Positions 52,017 through 61,534 of a DNA stretch of 64,000 nt are shown here, piece after piece. Both the position numbers and the translations under genes were made by a program. The notes below the pieces were generated by a model. That model saw nothing but the letters and a program-made list of their open reading frames with translations. It was not told the origin of the DNA and searched no databases. Position 1 is the stretch's first letter. Each line of letters opens with the position of its first letter. The DNA comes from Oopsacas minuta (lineage: Eukaryota; Animalia; Porifera): assembly GCA_024704765.1 (NCBI GenBank), contig JAKMXF010000302.1, positions 1 through 64,000 of the forward strand. Reading direction: 5' to 3'.

Positions 52017-55000
52017 ATGAGTTTTAAACTTCCTCAGATCGAGAACAAAACCTTCTTCTATTCACAGAAGCAGAAGCGTACCATTCACCGCCATAAGAGA
52101 TCTGAAGACGAATTGAGAGCTATTTTCGGAGACAGAACTTCCATAAGATTCCAGTTAGCCCCAAACACCAATAAACCTGACAGGAAAGGCAGTGCAGTCA
52201 GCTGGTCAGAGCGTCCTATCTCAGCTGTTTCATCGTCTTCTGGTCGCACGAAAACTCACTCGCAATCAGAAGAGAAAAGTGTTAATAACAAAACTCCAGT
52301 TAATAGCAACAGAAATTCAGTAATACTTCCTCAGATCCGTAAGGTCAGTGGTGCTATTACTATAGCAGAAGAATTTGACTTATCAGTATCTGAGACAAAT
52401 CTTCTGTTACAAGCAGAGCGAGAAAGGGAAGAGAATATCCAAGGAATTCTAACCTTCCAGGAGGCTAAGTTCGCTGCTACTGGTATCCTATCACAGCTGA
52501 GTGTGTACTTATCTCGGAAGCTACCTGCTAGCGAGGAATTACTATCACTCACTCTCATTCGGAATTTACAACTCGGATTTTCTGATCTCTCTAGAAACGT
52601 TATAGTTCCTGTTAAGAAGTGGCAAACAGATTATTACGTAGATACCGAGACAGGAAGACCATTCAAGAGACATCCTCGATCTATCCTCAAACAACTCAGA
52701 AGCATGAAGGCTAGTTCTAACAAGCAACGAAAGAAAACCTCATTTCTTGATGTAAAATCAGATTTCAGCACTACAGGTAATAATCCTATACAATTACTAT
52801 TACATTACATATATTATACAGATTATTGTGTAGGTAGTGATATGTCAGATAATGAAGATACACATAGCTCAGGTCTAGCTATCCTACAGTACAGAAGAGA
52901 GAGTAAACTCCCTTCCATACACTACGGTACTCCTAAGACTCGGGCTGAGAAGCAACCTTATACCAGTAAGGTTACTGATCTCAGTGCATCTGCCTCCAAG
53001 AAGAAATTGTCATCTCAGATAGATCCTAGTAAGATAGAGCTAACAGCTGATAACGTGACAATAGATGTAGAAGCTGCTGTGTATCATCCTGGAGGAGGTA
53101 CTCTTACCTTCTCTTTAAATCCTGCTACATGTAGCGATGAGTCATGGATTGTATTCCCTACAGAGCAAGAGGATCCAGAGAGACACACCCTCATAGAACT
53201 AGCTAAGGAGAGATTGAAGGCTGCGATTAAAAGTAAGAAAGACTTACAGATACAAGCACATCAGAGACAAGCAGACGGTCCCTTAGAACTCAAATATTAT
53301 GGAGAGAGACATATGCCAGCTAAAGTTAGAGTTAGGAAGATTACTCATCCTTACGTGACCCTATCTTCTAACTTTGTTATTACGTTACAGCAAGAAGATG
53401 AAACACAGACAGATGAACATGAAGCATTTAAGAGGAAGAAATTCATATTAACTCTACCAGACAGCTCTTCTACCTGGTTCTATCCTTCTGGTAGAATAGC
53501 TCTACAAATAAGCAGAGGATCTCACACACATAAATCCCCATACGTTAATCTGTTCAATGATACAGACCAGACCTCTATGATAGCTTCATTCACTTCTACT
53601 GGTAAAGGGTGCTGTTACCATGATAACGGGTATCTGAGTTTGAAGTACGATCTTGAGGGAGGAGTGCTGATGGACAAGAGAGGCTGGATTGAGAGGAAAT
53701 GGGAGTGGCCTGTGTCTAACATGAAGCTATCTACTTCAATAATCCTCAATCTTAATTCTAGCTTCATATTACGATGTACTAGTCAGAGCAGTGTAGTTAT
53801 AATATTCAAATGTAACGGAGAATGTGTTAGCACTAATGTAGGATATGTAGAAGAACAGAATGAAGTTAAAATGTCTGCTCTCATACAAGAGGCAACCTCA
53901 GCTCTTAGCATAGGAATCGGTAAACGTAAACGACTCAAGAAGCGAGCTAGTCGGATACTAGATGACAGCTTTGAAAAGTTTGACATTGACTTGAGTATTG
54001 CTGAGTTTTTGGTTTATAAGGACAGAATCAGAGGACTGGTGAATGACTGGTTAGAATTCTACAGAGTAGCTCTTAAGATAAATTGTCCGACACCCCTCCC
54101 CAGATCTCCCTCCCCTGAGTTTGGGAGGTACAACAGACCGACCCCTGTTATTTGGAACTTCTCTACTCCACCCCCTAACATTCCTGTTGGAGGAATGTCT
54201 AGACAGAGTAGCAGACCTCACTCTAGAGTAAGTGCTTTTCCAGCCATGTACGGTATGGGTATGAGCACAGAAGGAGCTATAGAACATTCTAGAATTTATA
54301 GTCCAGATCTCCTGGCTAATAACAGTGAGTTTGTACCAATGACTGAGGACTCTCCTGAGGATAGAAAAGCTCTCTCTCACTCCAGCTACAAGAAGACTGT
54401 TCTAGAACCTGTTACCAGGAATTCTTGTCCCAGCACTCTTAGTTTATCTGTCATTAACCGCATTTTAATTGAGAATAAATGCAGTTGTGATCGTAAACAG
54501 AAGCGGAGGATAAGTAGTATCAGTGATGTTGAGTTTGATGTATTTATACGATCACATCTGCCAGCAGATCAGCTGTGTGTAGTTTGCATATTCTCCAGTA
54601 AAATACCCAACTCATTCGTATCAGAGATAATGCTTAACACATTACATTACCAGAGGAATAAGTACAGGGCTATGCCTTGTATTGATTCAGATGGAGATCT
54701 GTATCGTCTATTTAAGTACGATCTAGCTACAGCTGCTGACGAGGCTTGCGGAGGGGTGCCTCTCCTTGTGGAGAGACACAAAGCAGAACCCGGTATGTTC
54801 TTCATGTATCTGGGAGGTAAGCTTGTATTTGCTGACTTTGTCTTTAACGGGTATGGCAATGCTCAGAGAGATTTCTCTAAACAAGTTAGAAATGCATTAC
54901 TTCAAGCTAAAGCTGGAGAATTTCTTCCCGACAACTTTAAATTCTCTTCCATTCCTAAGAAGAGCATTACTTCTCAAAGCTTCCCTCTCCTCTCAGCCTC

Positions 55001-55106
55001 ACACAGAAAGTCTGATTCAGCTGTAAAGTACAGTGACGGAGTGACGCTAGACTCTCTGTTCTCCTTCCAGGACACACGGGGGCCAAAGCTTAGCACCCTG
55101 GCTTAA
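52017..55106 (+). CDS. ERICH6: ERICH6/FAM194A-like protein, ~1010 aa; probable 57-nt intron at 52777-52833
   Basis: FAM194 domain (TWFYPSGRIAL..., ASFTSTGKGCCYHDNG..., GGVLMDKRG.IERKWEW) and a C-terminal GMFFMYLGGKLVFADFVFNGYG motif. The ORF-track start is a TTG; the first ATG is at 52017. Confidence 0.75.
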   Translation: MSFKLPQIENKTFFYSQKQKRTIHRHKRSEDELRAIFGDRTSIRFQLAPNTNKPDRKGSAVSWSERPISAVSSSSGRTKTHSQSEEKSVNNKTPVNSNRNSVILPQIRKVSGAITIAEEFDLSVSETNLLLQAEREREENIQGILTFQEAKFAATGILSQLSVYLSRKLPASEELLSLTLIRNLQLGFSDLSRNVIVPVKKWQTDYYVDTETGRPFKRHPRSILKQLRSMKASSNKQRKKTSFLDVKSDFSTTGNNPIQLLLHYIYYTDYCVGSDMSDNEDTHSSGLAILQYRRESKLPSIHYGTPKTRAEKQPYTSKVTDLSASASKKKLSSQIDPSKIELTADNVTIDVEAAVYHPGGGTLTFSLNPATCSDESWIVFPTEQEDPERHTLIELAKERLKAAIKSKKDLQIQAHQRQADGPLELKYYGERHMPAKVRVRKITHPYVTLSSNFVITLQQEDETQTDEHEAFKRKKFILTLPDSSSTWFYPSGRIALQISRGSHTHKSPYVNLFNDTDQTSMIASFTSTGKGCCYHDNGYLSLKYDLEGGVLMDKRGWIERKWEWPVSNMKLSTSIILNLNSSFILRCTSQSSVVIIFKCNGECVSTNVGYVEEQNEVKMSALIQEATSALSIGIGKRKRLKKRASRILDDSFEKFDIDLSIAEFLVYKDRIRGLVNDWLEFYRVALKINCPTPLPRSPSPEFGRYNRPTPVIWNFSTPPPNIPVGGMSRQSSRPHSRVSAFPAMYGMGMSTEGAIEHSRIYSPDLLANNSEFVPMTEDSPEDRKALSHSSYKKTVLEPVTRNSCPSTLSLSVINRILIENKCSCDRKQKRRISSISDVEFDVFIRSHLPADQLCVVCIFSSKIPNSFVSEIMLNTLHYQRNKYRAMPCIDSDGDLYRLFKYDLATAADEACGGVPLLVERHKAEPGMFFMYLGGKLVFADFVFNGYGNAQRDFSKQVRNALLQAKAGEFLPDNFKFSSIPKKSITSQSFPLLSASHRKSDSAVKYSDGVTLDSLFSFQDTRGPKLSTLA

Positions 55107-55243
55107 CAAATTTCATATTGTATTCTATTTGTATACAACTACATTTACATTCATACCCTTTTGCAATTTTCTATCATAATGAATTATTTCATCCAAAAAC
55201 TCAACTCTTCAGTGAATCTTTTTATGTATTATTAGCATACAGA

Positions 55244-56107
55244 GTGGCAGAACAAGTAAAACGGCCTGATTACCTCTTGTATAAGGGACGTTACTTCCCT
55301 CCTACCAGTGCGGAATGGATGGACTACTTGTGTAACAAATTCAGACCTAGAGACACTGACATTATCCTCGCTACTTATCCTCGTTCTGGTACTACATGGC
55401 TACAGAATGCTCTGCATCTTCTCAGACACAAGAAGAAGTTAGAATCCAATATTCTAGATTCTATACCATTTCTTATATTGCCTCAATTTGATTCTGACAA
55501 GAAATTGAAGCCTGAATTTGAGGCTATTCCTCCTCCACGTATATTGAAGACTCATCTAGCCTGGGACATAGTACCAAAGAATGACAAATGTAAATACATC
55601 TATTGCTATAGGAACCCTAAAGATGTATTTGTATCTATGTATCATCATACAATTGCATCTCATGGATTTGGTTATGATGGCAGTATTAGTGACTTCTGGG
55701 ACTTGTACTTAAAGGGAGAAGTAGAGTATGGAAGCTGGTTTGATCACGTCATAGGCTGGTGGCAACAGAAAGATAATCCTAACATGTATTTATTATCTTA
55801 TGAAGACTTACAGACTAACTTCAAAGATAAGATTGAAGAAATAGCAGCATTCACTGGATTAGAATTGACCGAGGAATTGTATGAACTTATTGCTGAAGAG
55901 TGTTCTTTCAAAACTATGAAGTCAAATAAGTTCGTAGAGAAAATATTCACTCCCAAACCAGGAGAAAACTCGGCTCACATCCGGAAGGGAACTGTAGGAG
56001 GCTGGAAGGAAGTGCTAACAGCTGATCAGAACAAAGTTATAGATGAAATGATAGAAAGCAGACTCAAAGGATTGTCTATAAGAGACAAGCTTGTGTTTGA
56101 GTTATGA
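55244..56107 (+). CDS. Cytosolic sulfotransferase (SULT1-like), ~287 aa; start codon unresolved (GTG 55244 or ATG 55316)
   Basis: PAPS-binding motifs TYPRSGTTW, RNPKDVFVS and RKGTVGGWK; GEVEYGSWFDHV. Confidence 0.92.
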   Translation: MAEQVKRPDYLLYKGRYFPPTSAEWMDYLCNKFRPRDTDIILATYPRSGTTWLQNALHLLRHKKKLESNILDSIPFLILPQFDSDKKLKPEFEAIPPPRILKTHLAWDIVPKNDKCKYIYCYRNPKDVFVSMYHHTIASHGFGYDGSISDFWDLYLKGEVEYGSWFDHVIGWWQQKDNPNMYLLSYEDLQTNFKDKIEEIAAFTGLELTEELYELIAEECSFKTMKSNKFVEKIFTPKPGENSAHIRKGTVGGWKEVLTADQNKVIDEMIESRLKGLSIRDKLVFEL

Positions 56108-56200
56108 TGACAGGGTAGTAAGAGTCTTATATTATTTTGCTTGTTTTTTTAATACACTTTATACGGCTGCTTTATGGTGTCTGTTCATTATATTAGCAGT

Positions 56201-59200
56201 ATGCATGCTCATCAGGTATGGGTAGACCAGGTACAAGATAAGGACAACATTCCTCAGCCTGTATATAGCGTAGTATTCAGTCCAGATGGTGCCAGACTGC
56301 TAGCAGCTGTAGGGAGTAGGATCCTGGTGTATAATAGTGGAGATGGTGTCCTCATAGACTCACTGAGGGGACACAAGGGGAACGTATTCTGTCTGGCCTA
56401 CTCACCAGTTGGGAAGAGATTCGCCTCTGGGGGTGCTGACAAGACTGTGGTGATTTGGACTCACGAATTGGAAGGAGTACTCAAGTTCACTCATAACGAG
56501 AGCATACAAGCTCTAGCCTACAACCCGGTCACTCTACAGCTAGCCTCTTGCAGTGCTCAGGACTTCGGCTTATGGTGTGGAGAGCAGAAGAATGTGGTTA
56601 AGAATAAGCTATCCTCTAGAGCTCTATGCTGTGCCTGGACACATGACGGACAGTATCTGGCTATTGGTCTGTACTCAGGGATCATATCCGTTAGACAGAG
56701 GAGTGGAGACGAGAAGCTGACTATTCAGAGGCCCGGGGGTCACCCTGTTTGGTGTCTATCCTGGAGTCCCTCCTACGGAGACCAGTACGGTATCTTGACT
56801 GTAGGAGACTGGGGACAGAAATTATCTTTCTATCAGCTGAATGGTAAACAGATCGGTAAAGATAGAAATATTGGATTTGATCCTTGTTCTTTATCTTACT
56901 TCTCTAACGGAGAGTTTATCCTGATAGCAGGATCTAATAAGGAACTGACTCTCTATTCCAAAGAAGGAGTTAAGCTGAGTGCTATAACCAGTGAAGATTC
57001 ATGGGTGTGGTCAGCAGCACGACACCCTGAGCTACAACATGCAGCTGTAGGTACCAATAATGGTACTATAGCATTCTATGCTGTATCCGTCAGTATGGTG
57101 CATGGATTGTATAAGGAGAGATATGCTTATAGAGAGAATTTAACTGATGTAGTAGTGCAGCATCTGCTTACTGAACAGATTGTTAAGATTAAATGCCGCG
57201 ATATGGTGAGAAGAGTCGCGATATACAAGCAGAGACTAGCTATATTACTGGCAGAACAGCTGATTATATACGAGTTGGTTGGAGAAGATCCTAACAATGA
57301 TATGGAGTATAAAGTTAAAGAGAGAATTCTAAAAAAGTTGGAATGTAACTTGTTAGTAATATGTACACAACATGTAGTACTATGTCAGGATGACAGGTTA
57401 CAGCTGATAGGTTTCGCAGGAGAACAGGTGAGACATTGGCAACTGGACTCTGTGGTTAGATATATTAAAGTTATAGGAGGAGCCACAGGCAGAGAGGGTC
57501 TATTAGTTGGATTGAAGAGTGGACAAGTTTTGAAATTGTTCCTGAACTCTCCCTTCCCAGTACAACTCCTCACTCACCACTCCTCAATACGTTGTGTAGA
57601 CCTTAACTTAGATCATAACAAGCTAGCAGTAGTAGATGAGAATAACACCTGTTCAATCTACAGGACAGAGAGTGGAGAGCTAGTCAGTCAGGAGCCTGAT
57701 GCTACTAGTGTAGCTTGGAACTCTCATCATCCTGATCTGTTCTGCTATTCGGGTACTGGATGGGTGTATATTAAGACTGGTAACTTCCCATCTAACAAGC
57801 AGAAAGGACAAGGATTTGTGGTTGGTTTTGCAGGAACACGGGTCTACTCCCTAAAACTATTCTCTGTACAAACTATAGAAGTTCCTCTCTCCAGCTCAAT
57901 GCATCAATATCTAGATAAGAGAGAGTACAAGGCTGCATACCAAATAGCCTCATTGGGCGTTACTGAGTCTGATTGGAGAAATCTAGCTCAAGCTTCTCTA
58001 ACTGCCCTAGACTTCGAAATAGCCAGGAAGTCATTCATTCGGGTTAGAGACCTGCACTACTTGGAGCTACTGGGCTCCATAGAAGAGAGGATTACCCGAG
58101 GAGAGAGGAACAATAGTTTGTTCTTAGGAGATGTTAAGGCTTACCAGAAGAACTTCCAAGAAGCAGCTAAGCTATATAAGAAGAGCGGACATCCAGGAAG
58201 AGCAATGGACATGTTCACTGATTTGAGACAGTTTGATTTCGCTAAAGATTTCTTGACTGACAGTGATCCTCAACACGTTAAACAGCTGATTGAGAAGCAA
58301 GCATATTGGTGTGAGACGATTAATGACCCTAAAACAGCTTGTGACATATACACAGCTGCAGGAGACTATGACAAGGCTATTGATCTAATGGCGAAACACT
58401 CCTGGTCTGATAAACTAGCTGAGCTAGGTAGGAAGCTAGCTACAGACTCATTTGTTGTAGTTCTGCAGAGAATAGCTGAGGCGTTGAAGAGAATGGAGCA
58501 GTTTGTGTTAGCTATAGAAGTACTGAACAAACTCGGAGATACTAGGAATTTAATTAAACTATTCGTAGATAGTCAGCAATGGGATGAAGCTCTCCCGCTT
58601 GCAGACAAATATCCAGAGTTTAAAGATGACGTATATCTACCTTATGCAACTTGGTTAGCAGAGCACGACAGGTTCGATGAATCACAGGACGCATTTAATA
58701 AAGCAGGACGACAGAGTGAGGCTACACAAGTGTTACGACAGTTAACTGATAATGCAGTAGAAGAGAAGAGATTTGATGATGCTAGTTATTATCTGTGGTT
58801 AATGAGCAGATCTATTCTAGACAGATACTCACAAGAGACAGACCCATCAGTTCGAGAACAACTAGCTCCTTCTATTATCTCAGATTTCCAACGTTCTATC
58901 CGTCTATCTGAGCTCTACTACGCTTACCATTCTATACACACATTCACGGTACAGCCATTCACTAGCCTGATGCCTGAGACTCTATTCAACATAGCTCGTT
59001 ACCTTACACATGCTATAGTAGGGTTTACACCAGAGGTAGATTACCCCGGGGTATCTAAGGTTAATATCCTGTACACGCTAGCTAGACAGGGTAAAACTGT
59101 GGAAGCATACAAACTGTCTAGATATGCTTATGAGAAATTACAAGGCTTAATTCTACCGAGGAGATTCCAGGAGATAATAGATTTTGGGTGTATTACTATT

Positions 59201-59794
59201 CGCTGTAAGCCCTTTCATGACAGAGAAGATCTATTGCCTGTCTGTTATCGGTGTAATACAACTAATCCTCTATTGAATAACCAAGGTAACGAGTGTATTA
59301 ACTGCAAACACCCATTTGTATACAGCTTCGTATCCTTTGAAGTATTACCTTTAGTTGAGTTTGTATTGGATTCTGATATAACAGAAGAAGAAGCTATGCT
59401 GTTACTCAAGATGGAGTCTACTGTAGATACAGATACAGCTCAGCATAGAGAATATCCTGATAGAGATACACAGACACTTGTATTAGATGAACAAGATGCT
59501 GGAGAGTATAAGGACCTCTTCATGGATCGTCTCCTCGCGACAGATCACACTTCTACTGAATATACCCCTCTGAGTGTAGATAGAGATGTTCTTCGCTCTC
59601 TCACATCAGCTGATGTGTTCATAAGATACTGGCCTCCTCCATTGAGGAATCAATATTACAAATCTCTCATGCCAGACCTCTCTATATCCTCCTGTCCCTC
59701 TTGTTATCAACTATTTCATTCTGATGATTTTGATCTACAAATCCTTCAAAAGGGCTCATGTCCATACTGTAGAGCCCAGATAGAGTCCGCTTAA
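56201..59794 (+). CDS. IFT122: Intraflagellar transport protein 122 (IFT-A), ~1197 aa, single exon
   Basis: WD40 N-terminus (LRGHKGNVFCLAYSP.GKRFASGGADKTVVIW), MVHGLYKERYAYRENLTDVVVQHL, TPR region, Zn-finger CYRC..TNPLLN..GNECINC and terminal CPYCR. Confidence 0.97.
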   Translation: MHAHQVWVDQVQDKDNIPQPVYSVVFSPDGARLLAAVGSRILVYNSGDGVLIDSLRGHKGNVFCLAYSPVGKRFASGGADKTVVIWTHELEGVLKFTHNESIQALAYNPVTLQLASCSAQDFGLWCGEQKNVVKNKLSSRALCCAWTHDGQYLAIGLYSGIISVRQRSGDEKLTIQRPGGHPVWCLSWSPSYGDQYGILTVGDWGQKLSFYQLNGKQIGKDRNIGFDPCSLSYFSNGEFILIAGSNKELTLYSKEGVKLSAITSEDSWVWSAARHPELQHAAVGTNNGTIAFYAVSVSMVHGLYKERYAYRENLTDVVVQHLLTEQIVKIKCRDMVRRVAIYKQRLAILLAEQLIIYELVGEDPNNDMEYKVKERILKKLECNLLVICTQHVVLCQDDRLQLIGFAGEQVRHWQLDSVVRYIKVIGGATGREGLLVGLKSGQVLKLFLNSPFPVQLLTHHSSIRCVDLNLDHNKLAVVDENNTCSIYRTESGELVSQEPDATSVAWNSHHPDLFCYSGTGWVYIKTGNFPSNKQKGQGFVVGFAGTRVYSLKLFSVQTIEVPLSSSMHQYLDKREYKAAYQIASLGVTESDWRNLAQASLTALDFEIARKSFIRVRDLHYLELLGSIEERITRGERNNSLFLGDVKAYQKNFQEAAKLYKKSGHPGRAMDMFTDLRQFDFAKDFLTDSDPQHVKQLIEKQAYWCETINDPKTACDIYTAAGDYDKAIDLMAKHSWSDKLAELGRKLATDSFVVVLQRIAEALKRMEQFVLAIEVLNKLGDTRNLIKLFVDSQQWDEALPLADKYPEFKDDVYLPYATWLAEHDRFDESQDAFNKAGRQSEATQVLRQLTDNAVEEKRFDDASYYLWLMSRSILDRYSQETDPSVREQLAPSIISDFQRSIRLSELYYAYHSIHTFTVQPFTSLMPETLFNIARYLTHAIVGFTPEVDYPGVSKVNILYTLARQGKTVEAYKLSRYAYEKLQGLILPRRFQEIIDFGCITIRCKPFHDREDLLPVCYRCNTTNPLLNNQGNECINCKHPFVYSFVSFEVLPLVEFVLDSDITEEEAMLLLKMESTVDTDTAQHREYPDRDTQTLVLDEQDAGEYKDLFMDRLLATDHTSTEYTPLSVDRDVLRSLTSADVFIRYWPPPLRNQYYKSLMPDLSISSCPSCYQLFHSDDFDLQILQKGSCPYCRAQIESA

Positions 59795-60014
59795 CTGATT
59801 ACTTCTCTCTGCAATCTGCATGTAACCAGTTATTTGATTGAAGATACATATAACTCTTATTGATAATTATAGCTAATATAACACAGCAGGTTAGTGGAGG
59901 TTGTTATTGTTAGAAATTATCATTCATGGTTTATTTGTATATTTACTTATTATTGAATACTTCTGTTAGCTTTTTGTTATTTCGATGGCAGGACCTTCTA
60001 GTCAGATAAATTTT

Positions 60015-61340
60015 ATGTCTCAGATACATAATGCTCGAGAAGAGCTCGATACTAAGTTCGATAATTTATTTCAAGTTATTCGTTTGTTACAGACTTAACT
60101 TATCGAGAAGCTTCAGAAGCTTGAAGATGGTTACCATCAGGAAATGGAAGAGGAGGAAGAACTTAAGAGTATGGTGAAACAACTCAGCAATGCTGGAAAC
60201 GGTAGTCACCCAGGAAATAGAATTAACGCTATTAACAATCAAATACAGCATATGTTATCAGAAAACAATTCTAAGCTTCTGGTCCTTGACTGGGATCTCT
60301 CCTTAATACAGATAATAATGGACAAATTCTGCAAGATAACTGTAAAGAAACTAGATCCTACTGTCCAAGAGCATCAGGAGGATATTTTTACTAGTAATAT
60401 GAATGAGCTTAGCATTAGTGAACATAATAATCCTTGTTGGTTACCTCGAGAAACCAAACTGTATCCTGAATTGCCTGTGAAAAACTCTAGTATTGAGAGT
60501 CAATTCTCTCTTATTCTGGAGCAGAAATATAAGAAGGTGTCATCTCGATACAGTGTCTCCATAGGTTATAAAGGAGGACGAATTATACCACGAGGTGTAA
60601 GTATTGATTATAGCACAAATGATATGTATGTAGCTGACTACTTTAATAATCGTATTGTAGTATTCGAACGTAACGAGACTTATGTCTGTGAGTTCACTCA
60701 CAACAAGATGCTTATGCCAACTGGTATTCATGTGTCAGGCGAGGCAGATCGCGTTTATATCACTTCTCAAGGGAGAAATTCAGTTCAGGCTTATAAACTG
60801 AATGGTACATTCCTCAAAGAGATTACTCATTACGGTTCTAGTTGTGGTGATTTTGACAATCCTGCTGGAATAACTATGGATTCATCTCAAAGAATATATG
60901 TATGTGATCAAGGGAGAGATAGGGTAGTTGTTTTTTCAAATTCTCTGGTTTTTATAACTGTCCTAACCTCCCAACTGACTAACCCAGTTGATGTAGCTAT
61001 GTGTGAGAATGATATAGCTGTGTTACACCATGGAGATTCAGAATACTGTGTTTCCTTTTTTACCAGGGGAGGGAAATTTATTAGAGAAGTAGTTAAGCAA
61101 GGACCAAATAAACAAAAGATTAGCTCCCCGCTATTCTTCTGTATAGATTCAGATGGCAACATAATGATAACTGATACTGACAATGAGTGTGTTAAGATAT
61201 ACAGAGCGGATGGTTACCATATATGTAATATTGAAGCTGCTGGTATTAGCTGTATAGCACTGCTTAATGATGGTTACTTTGTTACTCTATGTAATACAGA
61301 TAATGACCAGATCCATATATCTAACATATCATATCAGTAG
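60015..61340 (+). CDS. NHL-repeat beta-propeller protein with N-terminal coiled coil; in-frame TAA at codon 28 (60096-60098)
   Basis: NHL repeats (PRGVSID...MYVADYFNNRIVVF; FDNPAGITMD...IYVCDQGRDRVVVF; SPLFFCIDSDGNIMITDTDNECVKIY). The frame extends 129 nt upstream of the track ATG to ATG 60015 across one stop. Confidence 0.8.
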
Positions 61341-61534
61341 CTCGTATGTACTAATTAGTTCTTACTAACTCGTCTAGTCTTAATGTTTTTGCTGTCTTTT
61401 AGTTTTCAGCAACTTACGGTGTTATGTTTAGCATAAGGATAATTATACTACTAGACTGCTACCCTGTGTTACCTCACCTCTAGGTTTATATACGTATAAT
61501 ATCAATAAATAAAAATTTAGAAAAGTTATAAAAA

